This document shows positions 39,566-49,160 of a stretch of DNA of 64,000 nucleotides, piece by piece. A model generated the notes under the pieces. The model was not told where the DNA came from. It saw nothing but the letters and a program-made list of their open reading frames with translations, and ran no database searches. Position numbers and translations under genes: made by a program. Location: positions 64,001-128,000 of the IMG/VR virus record IMGVR_UViG_3300023110_001773; one strand, 5' to 3'. Source of the stretch: a virus. Position 1 is the first letter of the stretch. Every line of letters begins with the position of its first letter.

Positions 39566-41173
39566 CTAGAACGTAAAAATTAATTTTACGGTTTCAACTT
39601 GATCCTCATCTCTGGTGATCGGTTTTCTGTTATCGAAGTATAGTAATTCACCAGAACTAGTATCTATTTCTGGTTGTGTGAGAGTATTACTATTTATAGT
39701 CAATCCAGAGATGTCCTTAGTAATATTTGTGAGAAGATCAGAGTTTGATATTCCAGCAACCGTTTCCAAAAGATATACGGTATCATCTGTACCATCGGTA
39801 TTTCCGTCTCTAACTTGAGTAACAACAAATTCCCCATTACTTTCTGTAGATATAATATCATCTGGTTCATAACTAGTGGGGGCGTTTGTTCCAATAGTCC
39901 AGCAAGAACTACCAGTTGCTTCTGCAAACAGTGTAGTTGTATCGTACTGATAAATATTTTTTAACAGACCAACCTGCCTGTAATCATTGCCAGTTACTAA
40001 GTCTTGTGAATCATTATCAAATGAAACGGTAATACCTACTCTTCTAGCAAACAATTCTTGTTGTGGATTTGCACCGTGACCAGCCCAAGGAGAAATTATT
40101 ATTCTGAAGGATGCTCCACTACCTCCGCCAGAAACCTGATTTAAAACAACATTTGCTTTCGTATATCCGCTGCCTGGATTCGTAATAGAAACAGACTCTA
40201 CATTTCCGTTTGAGTTTATAAAAATAGAAGCATCGGCACCTTCGCCATCTCCTTCGATGGTAATAGTAGTATCTCCGTTTACATAATCAGAACCAAGATC
40301 AGTAATTAATATATTGTCAATTGTTCCACCAACTGCTGTGCTTTCTACAGCGGTCTGCAAGGTGGGACTTTCTGTTGACCCCAAATTAGCATCAGCCCTT
40401 GCAATGCTAGTATACCCACCGCCGGTTAGAACAACGTCAGCAAAACTATATCCATACCCACCATTGGTAATATTTATTGCACTAACAGCACCACCAGAAA
40501 CGGTTGCAGTAGCTACTGCACCAACACCATCTCCCTGTATGGTAACAATAGGAGAAGAAGTATATCCAGTTCCACCATTGCTTATAGTTATAGAATCTAT
40601 CTCACCATTGATATCAAATGATGGTTCTCCAGACCCAGATACTTTTCTAACTGGCATGTAATTGTCCGATAGAAATTTAGTTCTGTCGGAAGAACCGATT
40701 TGAAACATAAATTTCCACTTATAACCATCAATAGATTCAAATATTTCTGTACCTGTTCCATCTGGTTTTACTGTACTAGCAGTGTTGGAATTATTATCCA
40801 TACACTTATAGACATTATAATCATCTGTAAGCACATAAAAATTTGCATCTTGTAGATTGTCAGCACCAGAATTACTAAGATTTTCTGGACTTAGTGCATC
40901 GTCATACTTATCATAAACCGTGCCACTTACCCAATCTATTCTTCTAGCAAGCATGGCTACATCGGCGTTTTGGACTTTCTTTACAAAAAGAATGTCACGC
41001 CTAAACTGAGAAATATCAACCCGATTATCATAAGATGTGTCGGGTGATGTATCTGTTGTCCAAGTTTGAGTACGAGAGGCCGCTAGATAATATCTATCAT
41101 TTCCGTTGTAGATATCTCTATAAAACGACCTAGCTTGTTGTACCCTAGCTTGGTCTCGTATTAATATAGCCAT
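39566..41173 (-). CDS. g8: Baseplate wedge gp8-like
   Basis: RRIDW.SG.VYD.Y, FYVLT..YNVYKC.DN, DGYKWKFM, GHGANP..EL, GELLY.DNR.PI.R...Q.E.VK. Confidence 0.85.
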   Translation of the reverse strand: MAILIRDQARVQQARSFYRDIYNGNDRYYLAASRTQTWTTDTSPDTSYDNRVDISQFRRDILFVKKVQNADVAMLARRIDWVSGTVYDKYDDALSPENLSNSGADNLQDANFYVLTDDYNVYKCMDNNSNTASTVKPDGTGTEIFESIDGYKWKFMFQIGSSDRTKFLSDNYMPVRKVSGSGEPSFDINGEIDSITISNGGTGYTSSPIVTIQGDGVGAVATATVSGGAVSAINITNGGYGYSFADVVLTGGGYTSIARADANLGSTESPTLQTAVESTAVGGTIDNILITDLGSDYVNGDTTITIEGDGEGADASIFINSNGNVESVSITNPGSGYTKANVVLNQVSGGGSGASFRIIISPWAGHGANPQQELFARRVGITVSFDNDSQDLVTGNDYRQVGLLKNIYQYDTTTLFAEATGSSCWTIGTNAPTSYEPDDIISTESNGEFVVTQVRDGNTDGTDDTVYLLETVAGISNSDLLTNITKDISGLTINSNTLTQPEIDTSSGELLYFDNRKPITRDEDQVETVKLIFTF

Positions 41174-41195
41174 TAGGCAAACTCCTAATTAATTA

Positions 41196-41645
41196 TTAGG
41201 AGTCGCTTACGGTCAGCGTCCAAGTAATTTTTAACGTATCCGCCGCTGCTTTATTCACAACTGAAAATACCGTCCGGCAAAGAAGAGTACCGCCAGTAGA
41301 GTTGTTCAAGATACCAGCTTCAACAACAGCACCAGTACCAGTGCCAGCAGGAAAATCTCCAACATAGGTTACTGCATTACTCGTAACTGTGGTGGACGTA
41401 AGTGTAACCCGACCAAGTTCACCACCAAGAGCAGTGTCGCCAGATGCGGCAGCAGTGGTGTCTGAACCAATAGCCATGTGAGACATAGCAGTGGCGGTTG
41501 CATCTTTCATACGAGATGCGATATAGTCAAGACCATCAGCAACAACAACGTTGGTTGTGTCTTGAGTGTGAATCAGGTTTCCGTCCTTATCGAACTGTTC
41601 GATAGTGAGTTTACCCTTTGCATTAAAGGCACTAGATTGTAACAT
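41196..41645 (-). CDS. Small virion structural protein
   Basis: N.VV..G...IASRM, MSHMAIG, EAGI.N....GTLLCRTVFSVVNK...D...ITW; own late promoter at 41686-41693 and strong RBS. Confidence 0.7.
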   Translation of the reverse strand: MLQSSAFNAKGKLTIEQFDKDGNLIHTQDTTNVVVADGLDYIASRMKDATATAMSHMAIGSDTTAAASGDTALGGELGRVTLTSTTVTSNAVTYVGDFPAGTGTGAVVEAGILNNSTGGTLLCRTVFSVVNKAAADTLKITWTLTVSDS

Positions 41646-41700
41646 GTTTGTTCTCCTTTGGGATTTTGTTTTGCCTTGATTTACTTATTTATAAAACTTT

Positions 41701-44700
41701 TTAAAAGTTTACTACAGTATCCGCCACATAATCTTCCGCAAAATATGTTAAGTCTACTGTGAATGATTGTGATATGAGACTACCCTCATCATCAACATTA
41801 AATATATCCGACTTCGTATTTGTAGATTCAAATGCAGTCAAATCATTTAATCCAATGGTGTCAGTCGATAAAGTTGTAATATCAAAGTTGTTTATCGAAT
41901 CTCCAGCAGAGAAAGTTTGTGCTGGAATGACTCCAATATTTAGTCCATCGATTGTATCCGCAGTAGAGAATGCGTCAGATAAAGTTGGTTGAGCCTCTAT
42001 AGAAACTGTTTGAAGAACTCTTAGAGAATCGGACTGGATGGTGGTTATATCAAATGATGTTGAATCATCTACGTCAAAAGTATCTGTCAAATTCTTTCCA
42101 AACGATTCTATGGACAAGTCTTGTATAACAGCAACTCTATTTTCTTGTAATTTTTCTTTGAAAAGTTCAACCGCATCATCTTCCATCGTAACGGAATCAT
42201 CTACTAGTCTTCCTCTTTCAAAGAGAATAGATGTGTCATCCAACTCTACAGAATCAGATGGATTTCTAAAGAATACGAAAGACAGAACAAGCGAATCATC
42301 GATTAGAATCGTCTCCCCACTTGGAAGGGTTCTTCTTACATAATCGTCATCTGGATTGGCATGCTGGAAGAAGTAGGGATCGCCAAGCGCTGTGCCGTCA
42401 GAAGTAGCATAGAGAGTATCTACTGCACTGGCGCCTCCCGTGACTTCAATCTCAACATTCAACGAGGTAATTACATCGTTAATTTGGAATAGTTCTGTTC
42501 CTCTCTCTGGGTCTTGATTAAGGAACTGTACATAATCCTCCAAGAAATAGTCTGTTGCATATCCACCAACGTTGGTGGAATCGAACACCATTTCAATATC
42601 TTTATAAGGATTTCCTAGTAACACATAATCTTCTAAGAAGTAGTCACCAGTTTGAAGTCTCTCCACATAGTCATCATTTTCATTTGGATATCTAAAGAAG
42701 TATGGATCACCAAGCGTTGAACCATCAGAAGTAGCATAGAAGTTTTCTACTTCTGTACCCTGAAAGGTATATGGCCCAAACTCTGAGTTAGCTCCAACGC
42801 CATCTGATCTGACAGCATGTATATCCAGTTTATTAACAACACTTGCAATATTTTGTCTATCAGCAAAACCATCGCCTGGGAATATGGACTCTATGACATC
42901 GTTCTTAGAAAAATCCCTAGTAACATCTTCGTCAGAAATTAATACCGTTTCAATATCTGGATACTTGAAGAACATGTAGACATCTGTTTCGACATTAAAA
43001 TTGCCAGAGAGATCAACAGATTGTCTTATTTGTAAATTACCAAAAAGTCCAAATCCAATTGGGTGAGCAGCTCTTCTTACATAATCATTCCACTCTGATT
43101 GTGGTCTTTCGCTTTCAATTTCATAAGAGAAGTTTTGATAAATTCTATTATCAAACAATCTGTTTGCATCCGATAAGAAACTTCCTGCGTCTTCGTATAC
43201 TCCAGCAAGTAGTGCATTAAATCCAGTTGTTAAATCAATAACACAAGTATTGCCAGTATTCGAAGTAATATTGAATTGGAAGTCGGCACGGAAGAATCCA
43301 ACACCAACTGCGATAATATCAAAAGCAGATGGATATCCATTGGAGTCAACTTTTGATATTTTGATATATCCTTTATTATCAATGCCAGTTAAAGTATAAT
43401 CTTCAGCAAAATAATCAATAGCATAGACACCAAGAATGTCTCCAGTCTCGGAAATTTTAAATGTTTGTCCTACTTTAAAACCACCGTTGGTTGTAGAAGA
43501 ACCTTCTGCAATAGAATTAAATGATGCAGAATTAAGAACTCTGGATGGATAGGCTCGAATATTAAAGAACCCAGACTCCCCCTCAAGAGTAATATAAGTT
43601 AAAATAGAAGCAACATTTATTGCTAAATCTGGTCTGTTGTTATATCCTCTACCCTGTTGATTAGCAACAAAGACAGTTGAAGTAATTGTACCATCTGTTA
43701 GTCGAGTATCAATTACTGCATTAGAAGAAATGGTGTCTAAAGAATTTGGTCGTATTGTAACACTTGGGTTTGCACTAAATCCAGTACCGCCATCCAAAAT
43801 TAAAACATTATCAATCTTACCAGAAGATATTTGATCTACTTTAAATTTTACAGATGGCGTACCACTTCCACCAAAAAATGTGGTGGGTATTTCAATTATT
43901 TCGTTTGGTTGAAAGTTGGTTCCATTATCGACCACAGTAATATTGGAAACAGAATTTCCAGAAATAACAACAGTGAATTCTCCTCCAGAACTATCCGTTG
44001 TTTTGTGCGAATCAAAACTTACAAATCTAAATTTAGAAGTCCCATTTAGTTCATCACCAGATTCATGTGTTGGGCCAGTACCAACAGAATCGGTGGTTCC
44101 TTCGTTCACCGTGACGTATATTTTTGAGTTTGCTTTTACATATGTGCCGACTTCATACACGGTATTGTTAGTATATTCAACATCAAGATAACTTTCATAG
44201 TCTGCATCGGTTACAGTGTAAATCCCGTCTACAACAGAAGAACTGGGGTTTTCAAATGATCCATTAGAACCAGTACCAGTTATTGTAGATATTTCGCCAG
44301 ATACATAAGCTAGCAGTTGTTCGTCATATCCAGATTGACCTACTCCAGGCCCAACGATATCGAAAGTGGCGGGAAGATCAAGAGTCAATTCATATACTTG
44401 TGGGGAAGTATATGATATCTTTTTAACTCGCTGAACAGTAGTAGTTTTTTTATAGTAATTTGTTGCGGCGCCTTCGGATACAGCATAATGAATGTCAATT
44501 CTTTTTCCCTGCAAATCATCTACATTTGGGACTTGAGCCTCATAAACCTTTACGACATAATCTTGTCTCCATCTGTTTGAGGACGGCCTTAAAACAAATT
44601 GTCCAGAATTTCTTAAAGAAACATTTTCATTATACAAAACTTTGAAAAGGTATTTCGTAGCTTCCACACTACCCTTAGCAGTGTAGAAACTATTAATATC

Positions 44701-45564
44701 TTTTATTACTCTTGATAATTTCGCTGCTTGATTTAATGGAAAGTCTTTAGCATAATCATGGAAAAATTCTCTGATAAAATTATCATCAGTGTTTATACTT
44801 CCATCATCATTAAAATCAACATCGAGTTTTGATAAAAAATCTTGGAGTACTTTTAACGGGCCGTGTTTAGTATTGTCAATTGAGTTCGTTTGTTCCATGA
44901 ACTCATAATATTTTTCAAACAGAGTTTTGAAGAGGGGAAACTCTTCTTGTAATACTTCTGGAATTTGTTCGCCAACAAATGGAGATATTTTTGGTTGAGC
45001 ATAAACATAGTTTTTAAAAACTTTATCAATTTCTGTACTAAATGTAGCTCCTGATCCATTATTGATTTTTACAATAGATGCAATAATTTCTGGATCATCT
45101 TCCATCCCACCCATCTCAATTGGGTCGATAGTAATCCTATCTCCTTCTCTGTATAGTGCATTACCATCATCATTGGTTGAAAAAGTAGAGTAACCAAATT
45201 CGTCAACAGTTATGTTTACTGTCAACCCAGAACCGTCAGCAGAATCAGTAGTGGTTGGAATGCCGATATATGTACCAGCATCAATTTCAGTGCTGGGATC
45301 AGATATCAGAGAGTAATCAGTAGGAAATCCGACAACATAGGGGACTGGTGCTTCGATGTACCCATCACCGTCCTCTATAATATTAACTTCAGTAATACTT
45401 CCCCCAGTAACAACTACCTCTGCAACAGCTTGAACAGGTTCATCGTTGCTGCGATCTGGAGGAGGAATGATAAGTGTTGGGGGTTCAGAATATCCTGAGC
45501 CAGATGTTACAACAAATATCTCTTTGATGTATTCCTTAAATGTAGGGACTGTATGATTACTCAT
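41701..45564 (-). CDS. Baseplate wedge gp7-like protein with Ig-like and carbohydrate-binding-like insertions
   Basis: Q.PE...E.P.F..L...YYEF.E, FY.AKGS....YLFK.LY, YQ.FSY.I.S, HP.G...FG; lies between g6 and g8. Confidence 0.75.
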   Translation of the reverse strand: MSNHTVPTFKEYIKEIFVVTSGSGYSEPPTLIIPPPDRSNDEPVQAVAEVVVTGGSITEVNIIEDGDGYIEAPVPYVVGFPTDYSLISDPSTEIDAGTYIGIPTTTDSADGSGLTVNITVDEFGYSTFSTNDDGNALYREGDRITIDPIEMGGMEDDPEIIASIVKINNGSGATFSTEIDKVFKNYVYAQPKISPFVGEQIPEVLQEEFPLFKTLFEKYYEFMEQTNSIDNTKHGPLKVLQDFLSKLDVDFNDDGSINTDDNFIREFFHDYAKDFPLNQAAKLSRVIKDINSFYTAKGSVEATKYLFKVLYNENVSLRNSGQFVLRPSSNRWRQDYVVKVYEAQVPNVDDLQGKRIDIHYAVSEGAATNYYKKTTTVQRVKKISYTSPQVYELTLDLPATFDIVGPGVGQSGYDEQLLAYVSGEISTITGTGSNGSFENPSSSVVDGIYTVTDADYESYLDVEYTNNTVYEVGTYVKANSKIYVTVNEGTTDSVGTGPTHESGDELNGTSKFRFVSFDSHKTTDSSGGEFTVVISGNSVSNITVVDNGTNFQPNEIIEIPTTFFGGSGTPSVKFKVDQISSGKIDNVLILDGGTGFSANPSVTIRPNSLDTISSNAVIDTRLTDGTITSTVFVANQQGRGYNNRPDLAINVASILTYITLEGESGFFNIRAYPSRVLNSASFNSIAEGSSTTNGGFKVGQTFKISETGDILGVYAIDYFAEDYTLTGIDNKGYIKISKVDSNGYPSAFDIIAVGVGFFRADFQFNITSNTGNTCVIDLTTGFNALLAGVYEDAGSFLSDANRLFDNRIYQNFSYEIESERPQSEWNDYVRRAAHPIGFGLFGNLQIRQSVDLSGNFNVETDVYMFFKYPDIETVLISDEDVTRDFSKNDVIESIFPGDGFADRQNIASVVNKLDIHAVRSDGVGANSEFGPYTFQGTEVENFYATSDGSTLGDPYFFRYPNENDDYVERLQTGDYFLEDYVLLGNPYKDIEMVFDSTNVGGYATDYFLEDYVQFLNQDPERGTELFQINDVITSLNVEIEVTGGASAVDTLYATSDGTALGDPYFFQHANPDDDYVRRTLPSGETILIDDSLVLSFVFFRNPSDSVELDDTSILFERGRLVDDSVTMEDDAVELFKEKLQENRVAVIQDLSIESFGKNLTDTFDVDDSTSFDITTIQSDSLRVLQTVSIEAQPTLSDAFSTADTIDGLNIGVIPAQTFSAGDSINNFDITTLSTDTIGLNDLTAFESTNTKSDIFNVDDEGSLISQSFTVDLTYFAEDYVADTVVNF

Positions 45565-47470
45565 CGCTTACTCTTGGAACCATTGTTACGTTCAAACCTT
45601 TGCGAATATTATTTACAACATCTTCGGCAGCATCATCTAGTTGAAGGATGATGTTTCTCGCTGGTTGTGCAAAAACAGCATAATCCGCTTCCTCTGTTGT
45701 TCTAACAAGAATATCGGTAGAGATATTTTTAGAAGATTCGTGTGGAGTAGAGACAACTCTGAAAATACTATTTCCAGCACCACTAATTGAGTCTATTCTC
45801 AAATCAACTATATCAAGTGCTCCAGTATCATAGTCAATAGTCCCAACATTTTTGTCTACAATTTCGCCCCTTATTTTTGTTTTCAATTGCAGTATACCCC
45901 TACCACTGTACACTGGTGCGATAACATCTGGGTTTGGTTTGTCGCACAAAAATACTTCTACTTTAGAACCGTTTAAATCAGCAGTAAAATAATTTGATCT
46001 GATAGACAGAGGTAAAATTTTGTTATTAAATTTTGGTTCATATCTCGCAACACCACCTAAGACTGGATTCAATTTCTTAATCAATCTCATTTCAATTCCA
46101 GTTGCAACGATAGATTCTGAAATAGCATCGATATCTTTTGTTAATCTAGAATAATAAAAATTCTTTTTTAGAGCATTTACGTTCGTCTCAAAATGATTTT
46201 CTGTTCTTTGAACAATTAGTGACTTCAAAGAATCCGATGACAACGTGGTTAATTTTTGGTCGTATGTAACGCTCGCATTGATACCAATATAAACATACTC
46301 TGGATCAACAAATTCTGGTGTCAGTCCAATAGGCATTCTATCATTAAGAACAGAATTTCTTATATTTTTTTTATCGTCTTCAGTGATAACAAAATTATCT
46401 TGCGGCTGCATAGAAATAAAAACCTTTCCATAAATGGGTGGGATATTATCTTCTCCGCCCCAAACGGCAACCGATTTAATATTTGGATTAGACTGTTTTA
46501 TGGTAGATTCGTAGTCAGTTTTAGTTATTGTTCTACCCTTAGAAGCATTAAATCTTGGTGCATTGAATCGAATACTATCGGCTGTTTCTGCGGCAAATCC
46601 ACCAGCAGATGCAGAAATAAGTTCACTACTTACACTTTCGCCAACGGCAGAAATTGCAGACGGGTAATTAAAAACTCTAGCACCATTTCCGTCTGCACCA
46701 TTTGACACAACATAATCAACGATTACAATGTTTCCAACTTCTAATGATTTGCCAAGAACATCATCACCAAAAACGATTTGATAGTGTCCATCAGTTCTTT
46801 CATCTAAATAGAAAACTTTAGATGTAGATGTGACATCCAAAACATTGTCAACGATGTTGAAGGTTTCTGTAGATGCGTTGCGAGTAGAAGTCTGAACTTT
46901 GACCCTGATTGTCGTGGTGTCGATGTTATCATTTTCAAGAACAATTGGGCCAGAAGTAGTGGTGTTAGTAATAATCTGAGAAGTTGTGGTTCTAGTTCCT
47001 TCCACCAACCGTATGTTTTCAAATCTAAAAGCAGATACCCCATCGACAACACTCTTGGTCACCGTATAATCATCTTGGGGGACAAACGATCTACTTTTTC
47101 CATTCACTGTGCTGGAAAATACACTGTCTCTTGGCAACTGTAATGTACTACTTGTATAAGAAGCCGGGGGTCGAACAGTAAGATTAATTGTTGCTACGGA
47201 AGACCTAGTTGACCTTGGAGTATAACCCATAGTCTTAGCAATAGATACTACAGAATTTCTTCTTACAGCAGAATCAAGAAATGCCTCGTTTGCCACCATG
47301 TGGGCCAACACTGCATTATAATGTGTATTATAAGCAAGTAGGTCTACCAAAGTAGATAGACCAGAAGCTTCAAAACTATAATCAGAAAACTCGTCCTGAT
47401 TTTGCAAAAAGACTCTTAGATTCTCTCTAATGTCAGCATAGTCTAATTCGGTGACATTTTTAACTGGCAT
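45557..47470 (-). CDS. g6: Baseplate wedge gp6
   Basis: ELDY..IR.NL..FL, F.DY.FE.SGLS.LVDLLAYNTHYNA, NEAFLDSA..R.SVVS.AK..GY.PRS, VWGGEDN.PP.YGKVFI. Confidence 0.97.
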   Translation of the reverse strand: MPVKNVTELDYADIRENLRVFLQNQDEFSDYSFEASGLSTLVDLLAYNTHYNAVLAHMVANEAFLDSAVRRNSVVSIAKTMGYTPRSTRSSVATINLTVRPPASYTSSTLQLPRDSVFSSTVNGKSRSFVPQDDYTVTKSVVDGVSAFRFENIRLVEGTRTTTSQIITNTTTSGPIVLENDNIDTTTIRVKVQTSTRNASTETFNIVDNVLDVTSTSKVFYLDERTDGHYQIVFGDDVLGKSLEVGNIVIVDYVVSNGADGNGARVFNYPSAISAVGESVSSELISASAGGFAAETADSIRFNAPRFNASKGRTITKTDYESTIKQSNPNIKSVAVWGGEDNIPPIYGKVFISMQPQDNFVITEDDKKNIRNSVLNDRMPIGLTPEFVDPEYVYIGINASVTYDQKLTTLSSDSLKSLIVQRTENHFETNVNALKKNFYYSRLTKDIDAISESIVATGIEMRLIKKLNPVLGGVARYEPKFNNKILPLSIRSNYFTADLNGSKVEVFLCDKPNPDVIAPVYSGRGILQLKTKIRGEIVDKNVGTIDYDTGALDIVDLRIDSISGAGNSIFRVVSTPHESSKNISTDILVRTTEEADYAVFAQPARNIILQLDDAAEDVVNNIRKGLNVTMVPRVSDE

Positions 47471-47482
47471 TTTTTTATCCTA

Positions 47483-47794
47483 TTAAATTATACTTACTGT
47501 TGGACTTAGAGTTTTCGGCGGCGGGCCAGAATCAATTCCTCCGCCGCATGTAGCTGTTGTTGTTGCTATTGCAACTCTAAGTCCAGCGATAGTGACTGTT
47601 GCTTTTGCACATGTAGACGGATCAATTGTTATTGTCCCTGTGTGACTACCGTGTGGTGCAACAACACTGCCTTCTAGAATTGGAACAGAACCACTTATTG
47701 TGACCCCCGCAGCTGCAGCTGCTGGGTTTGGTGTAATTGCCGCAACACCCTGTCCATCTTTTATAACACCAGGCGCAACCCAAACAAATGACAT
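47483..47794 (-). CDS. PAAR-like spike tip protein (gp5.4-like, divergent)
   Basis: V.I.G.......V.PH..H......V.I.G..VA......CG. Confidence 0.55.
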   Translation of the reverse strand: MSFVWVAPGVIKDGQGVAAITPNPAAAAAGVTISGSVPILEGSVVAPHGSHTGTITIDPSTCAKATVTIAGLRVAIATTTATCGGGIDSGPPPKTLSPTVSII

Positions 47795-48192
47795 TATCGC
47801 AACCTCTCCAGAACAACACCCATAGATTGTATTTGTGTAATACCAATGACATAAAATCTAATTTCAACATCATATGTGTGTTGATCAATATTTGGCGTAC
47901 ATATAACCTCTTCTACTTTTACTCTCGGTTCATATGTAGTAATAGCATTATCTATTTCATTTGAAAGCATACTTGCAGTACTTCTACCAAAAGGTTCAAA
48001 TAACATTCTTCTTATATTAGAACCGTACAATGGGTCAAATGGTTTTTCATAAAACTGGGTATTCATTAATATTTTTAAAGCTTGTTTGACCGCCTGAACA
48101 TCCAATTTCTTGGAAATGTCCTTTGTATTGGGATTCATCGAAAACGATAGATCGATGTCCTTGTAAAGTCTTGTCGGTGTATTGATAGGCAT
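47794..48192 (-). CDS. g25: Baseplate wedge gp25
   Basis: YKDIDLSF..NP.T.D, AVKQ, EKPF.P..GS....LFE, YEPRV, LERLR; late promoter at 48198-48205. Confidence 0.93.
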   Translation of the reverse strand: MPINTPTRLYKDIDLSFSMNPNTKDISKKLDVQAVKQALKILMNTQFYEKPFDPLYGSNIRRMLFEPFGRSTASMLSNEIDNAITTYEPRVKVEEVICTPNIDQHTYDVEIRFYVIGITQIQSMGVVLERLR

Positions 48193-48209
48193 AGTATTAT
48201 TTATAACCC

Positions 48210-49148
48210 TTAACAGTCAGTCCAAGAACATTTTCCATCAGCTTTTTGATCATATTTGTCATAATAGTCATGAACTTTATCTATTGAAAATCCTAGTTTC
48301 GCAAGAATCTCCTCTATCCTAGATACGAATGGAGAAGCTCCCTCCATAATAATTTCTTTAATGTCAATCTCTGGGCCTTCTAAACCAAATTCCGCAACAC
48401 GAATTTTTATTTGTGCGGTCTTTGAGTCTTCCCATTGAGGAAGTTCTTTACAAAGTCCTGTGAGATCACCGCCGAGTCCTTGTAAGAACCCCTTTGGATC
48501 ATCCAGTATTGCATCAATTACTGCATCACTGTTTCCATACTTGTTCTTTAGCTGTTGAATCTTCTGATAATACTGAAAAGTGTCATATCCAAATGCGATC
48601 AGACCATTTAATTCATCGCCGAACGGCAATTGTTTACGAAGTGAATCAAGCAAAGCAGTAGTCGATGGTAAGTCTTTTCTAATAGATGCCAATAACAATG
48701 CATATTCTACTTTGAATTTTACCTCAACAGCGGCAACACCAAAAAAATTACAAATCTTATCTGTAAGTTTATCTACTATAGCATCGAATTTATCACTGAG
48801 TTCATCGATCTTATCTGATAGTTCTTGAAATTGTTCTCCAATAGCATCACATCTAGCTTCTTGATCTCTAATCGCCTGTTCACCCTTCAAAAGATCGTCA
48901 TATCTCTCAAATTGTGCAAATTCTTCATCGGTATAGTCTAATAACTCTTTGCCAAGATTGAGTGGGTCGGTGATGTCTGGGCCGGGGTAGTCATCCGGCA
49001 AAACTTCTTGACTTCTTATAATCTCAATATTCGCTTGAGCTTCAGATAACTTATTGATACCTTCGGATTTTGCCTGATCTATGGCAGCCTGTGCTTCACT
49101 TTTAGCCTTATTGGTAGCGTCCTTAACAAAATCGTCAATGTAACCCAC
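48210..49148 (-). CDS. Hypothetical helical protein between g5 and g25
   Basis: 312-aa ORF with GGAG RBS; no recognisable motif. Confidence 0.55.
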   Translation of the reverse strand: MGYIDDFVKDATNKAKSEAQAAIDQAKSEGINKLSEAQANIEIIRSQEVLPDDYPGPDITDPLNLGKELLDYTDEEFAQFERYDDLLKGEQAIRDQEARCDAIGEQFQELSDKIDELSDKFDAIVDKLTDKICNFFGVAAVEVKFKVEYALLLASIRKDLPSTTALLDSLRKQLPFGDELNGLIAFGYDTFQYYQKIQQLKNKYGNSDAVIDAILDDPKGFLQGLGGDLTGLCKELPQWEDSKTAQIKIRVAEFGLEGPEIDIKEIIMEGASPFVSRIEEILAKLGFSIDKVHDYYDKYDQKADGKCSWTDC

Positions 49149-49160
49149 AATATTCTCCCG

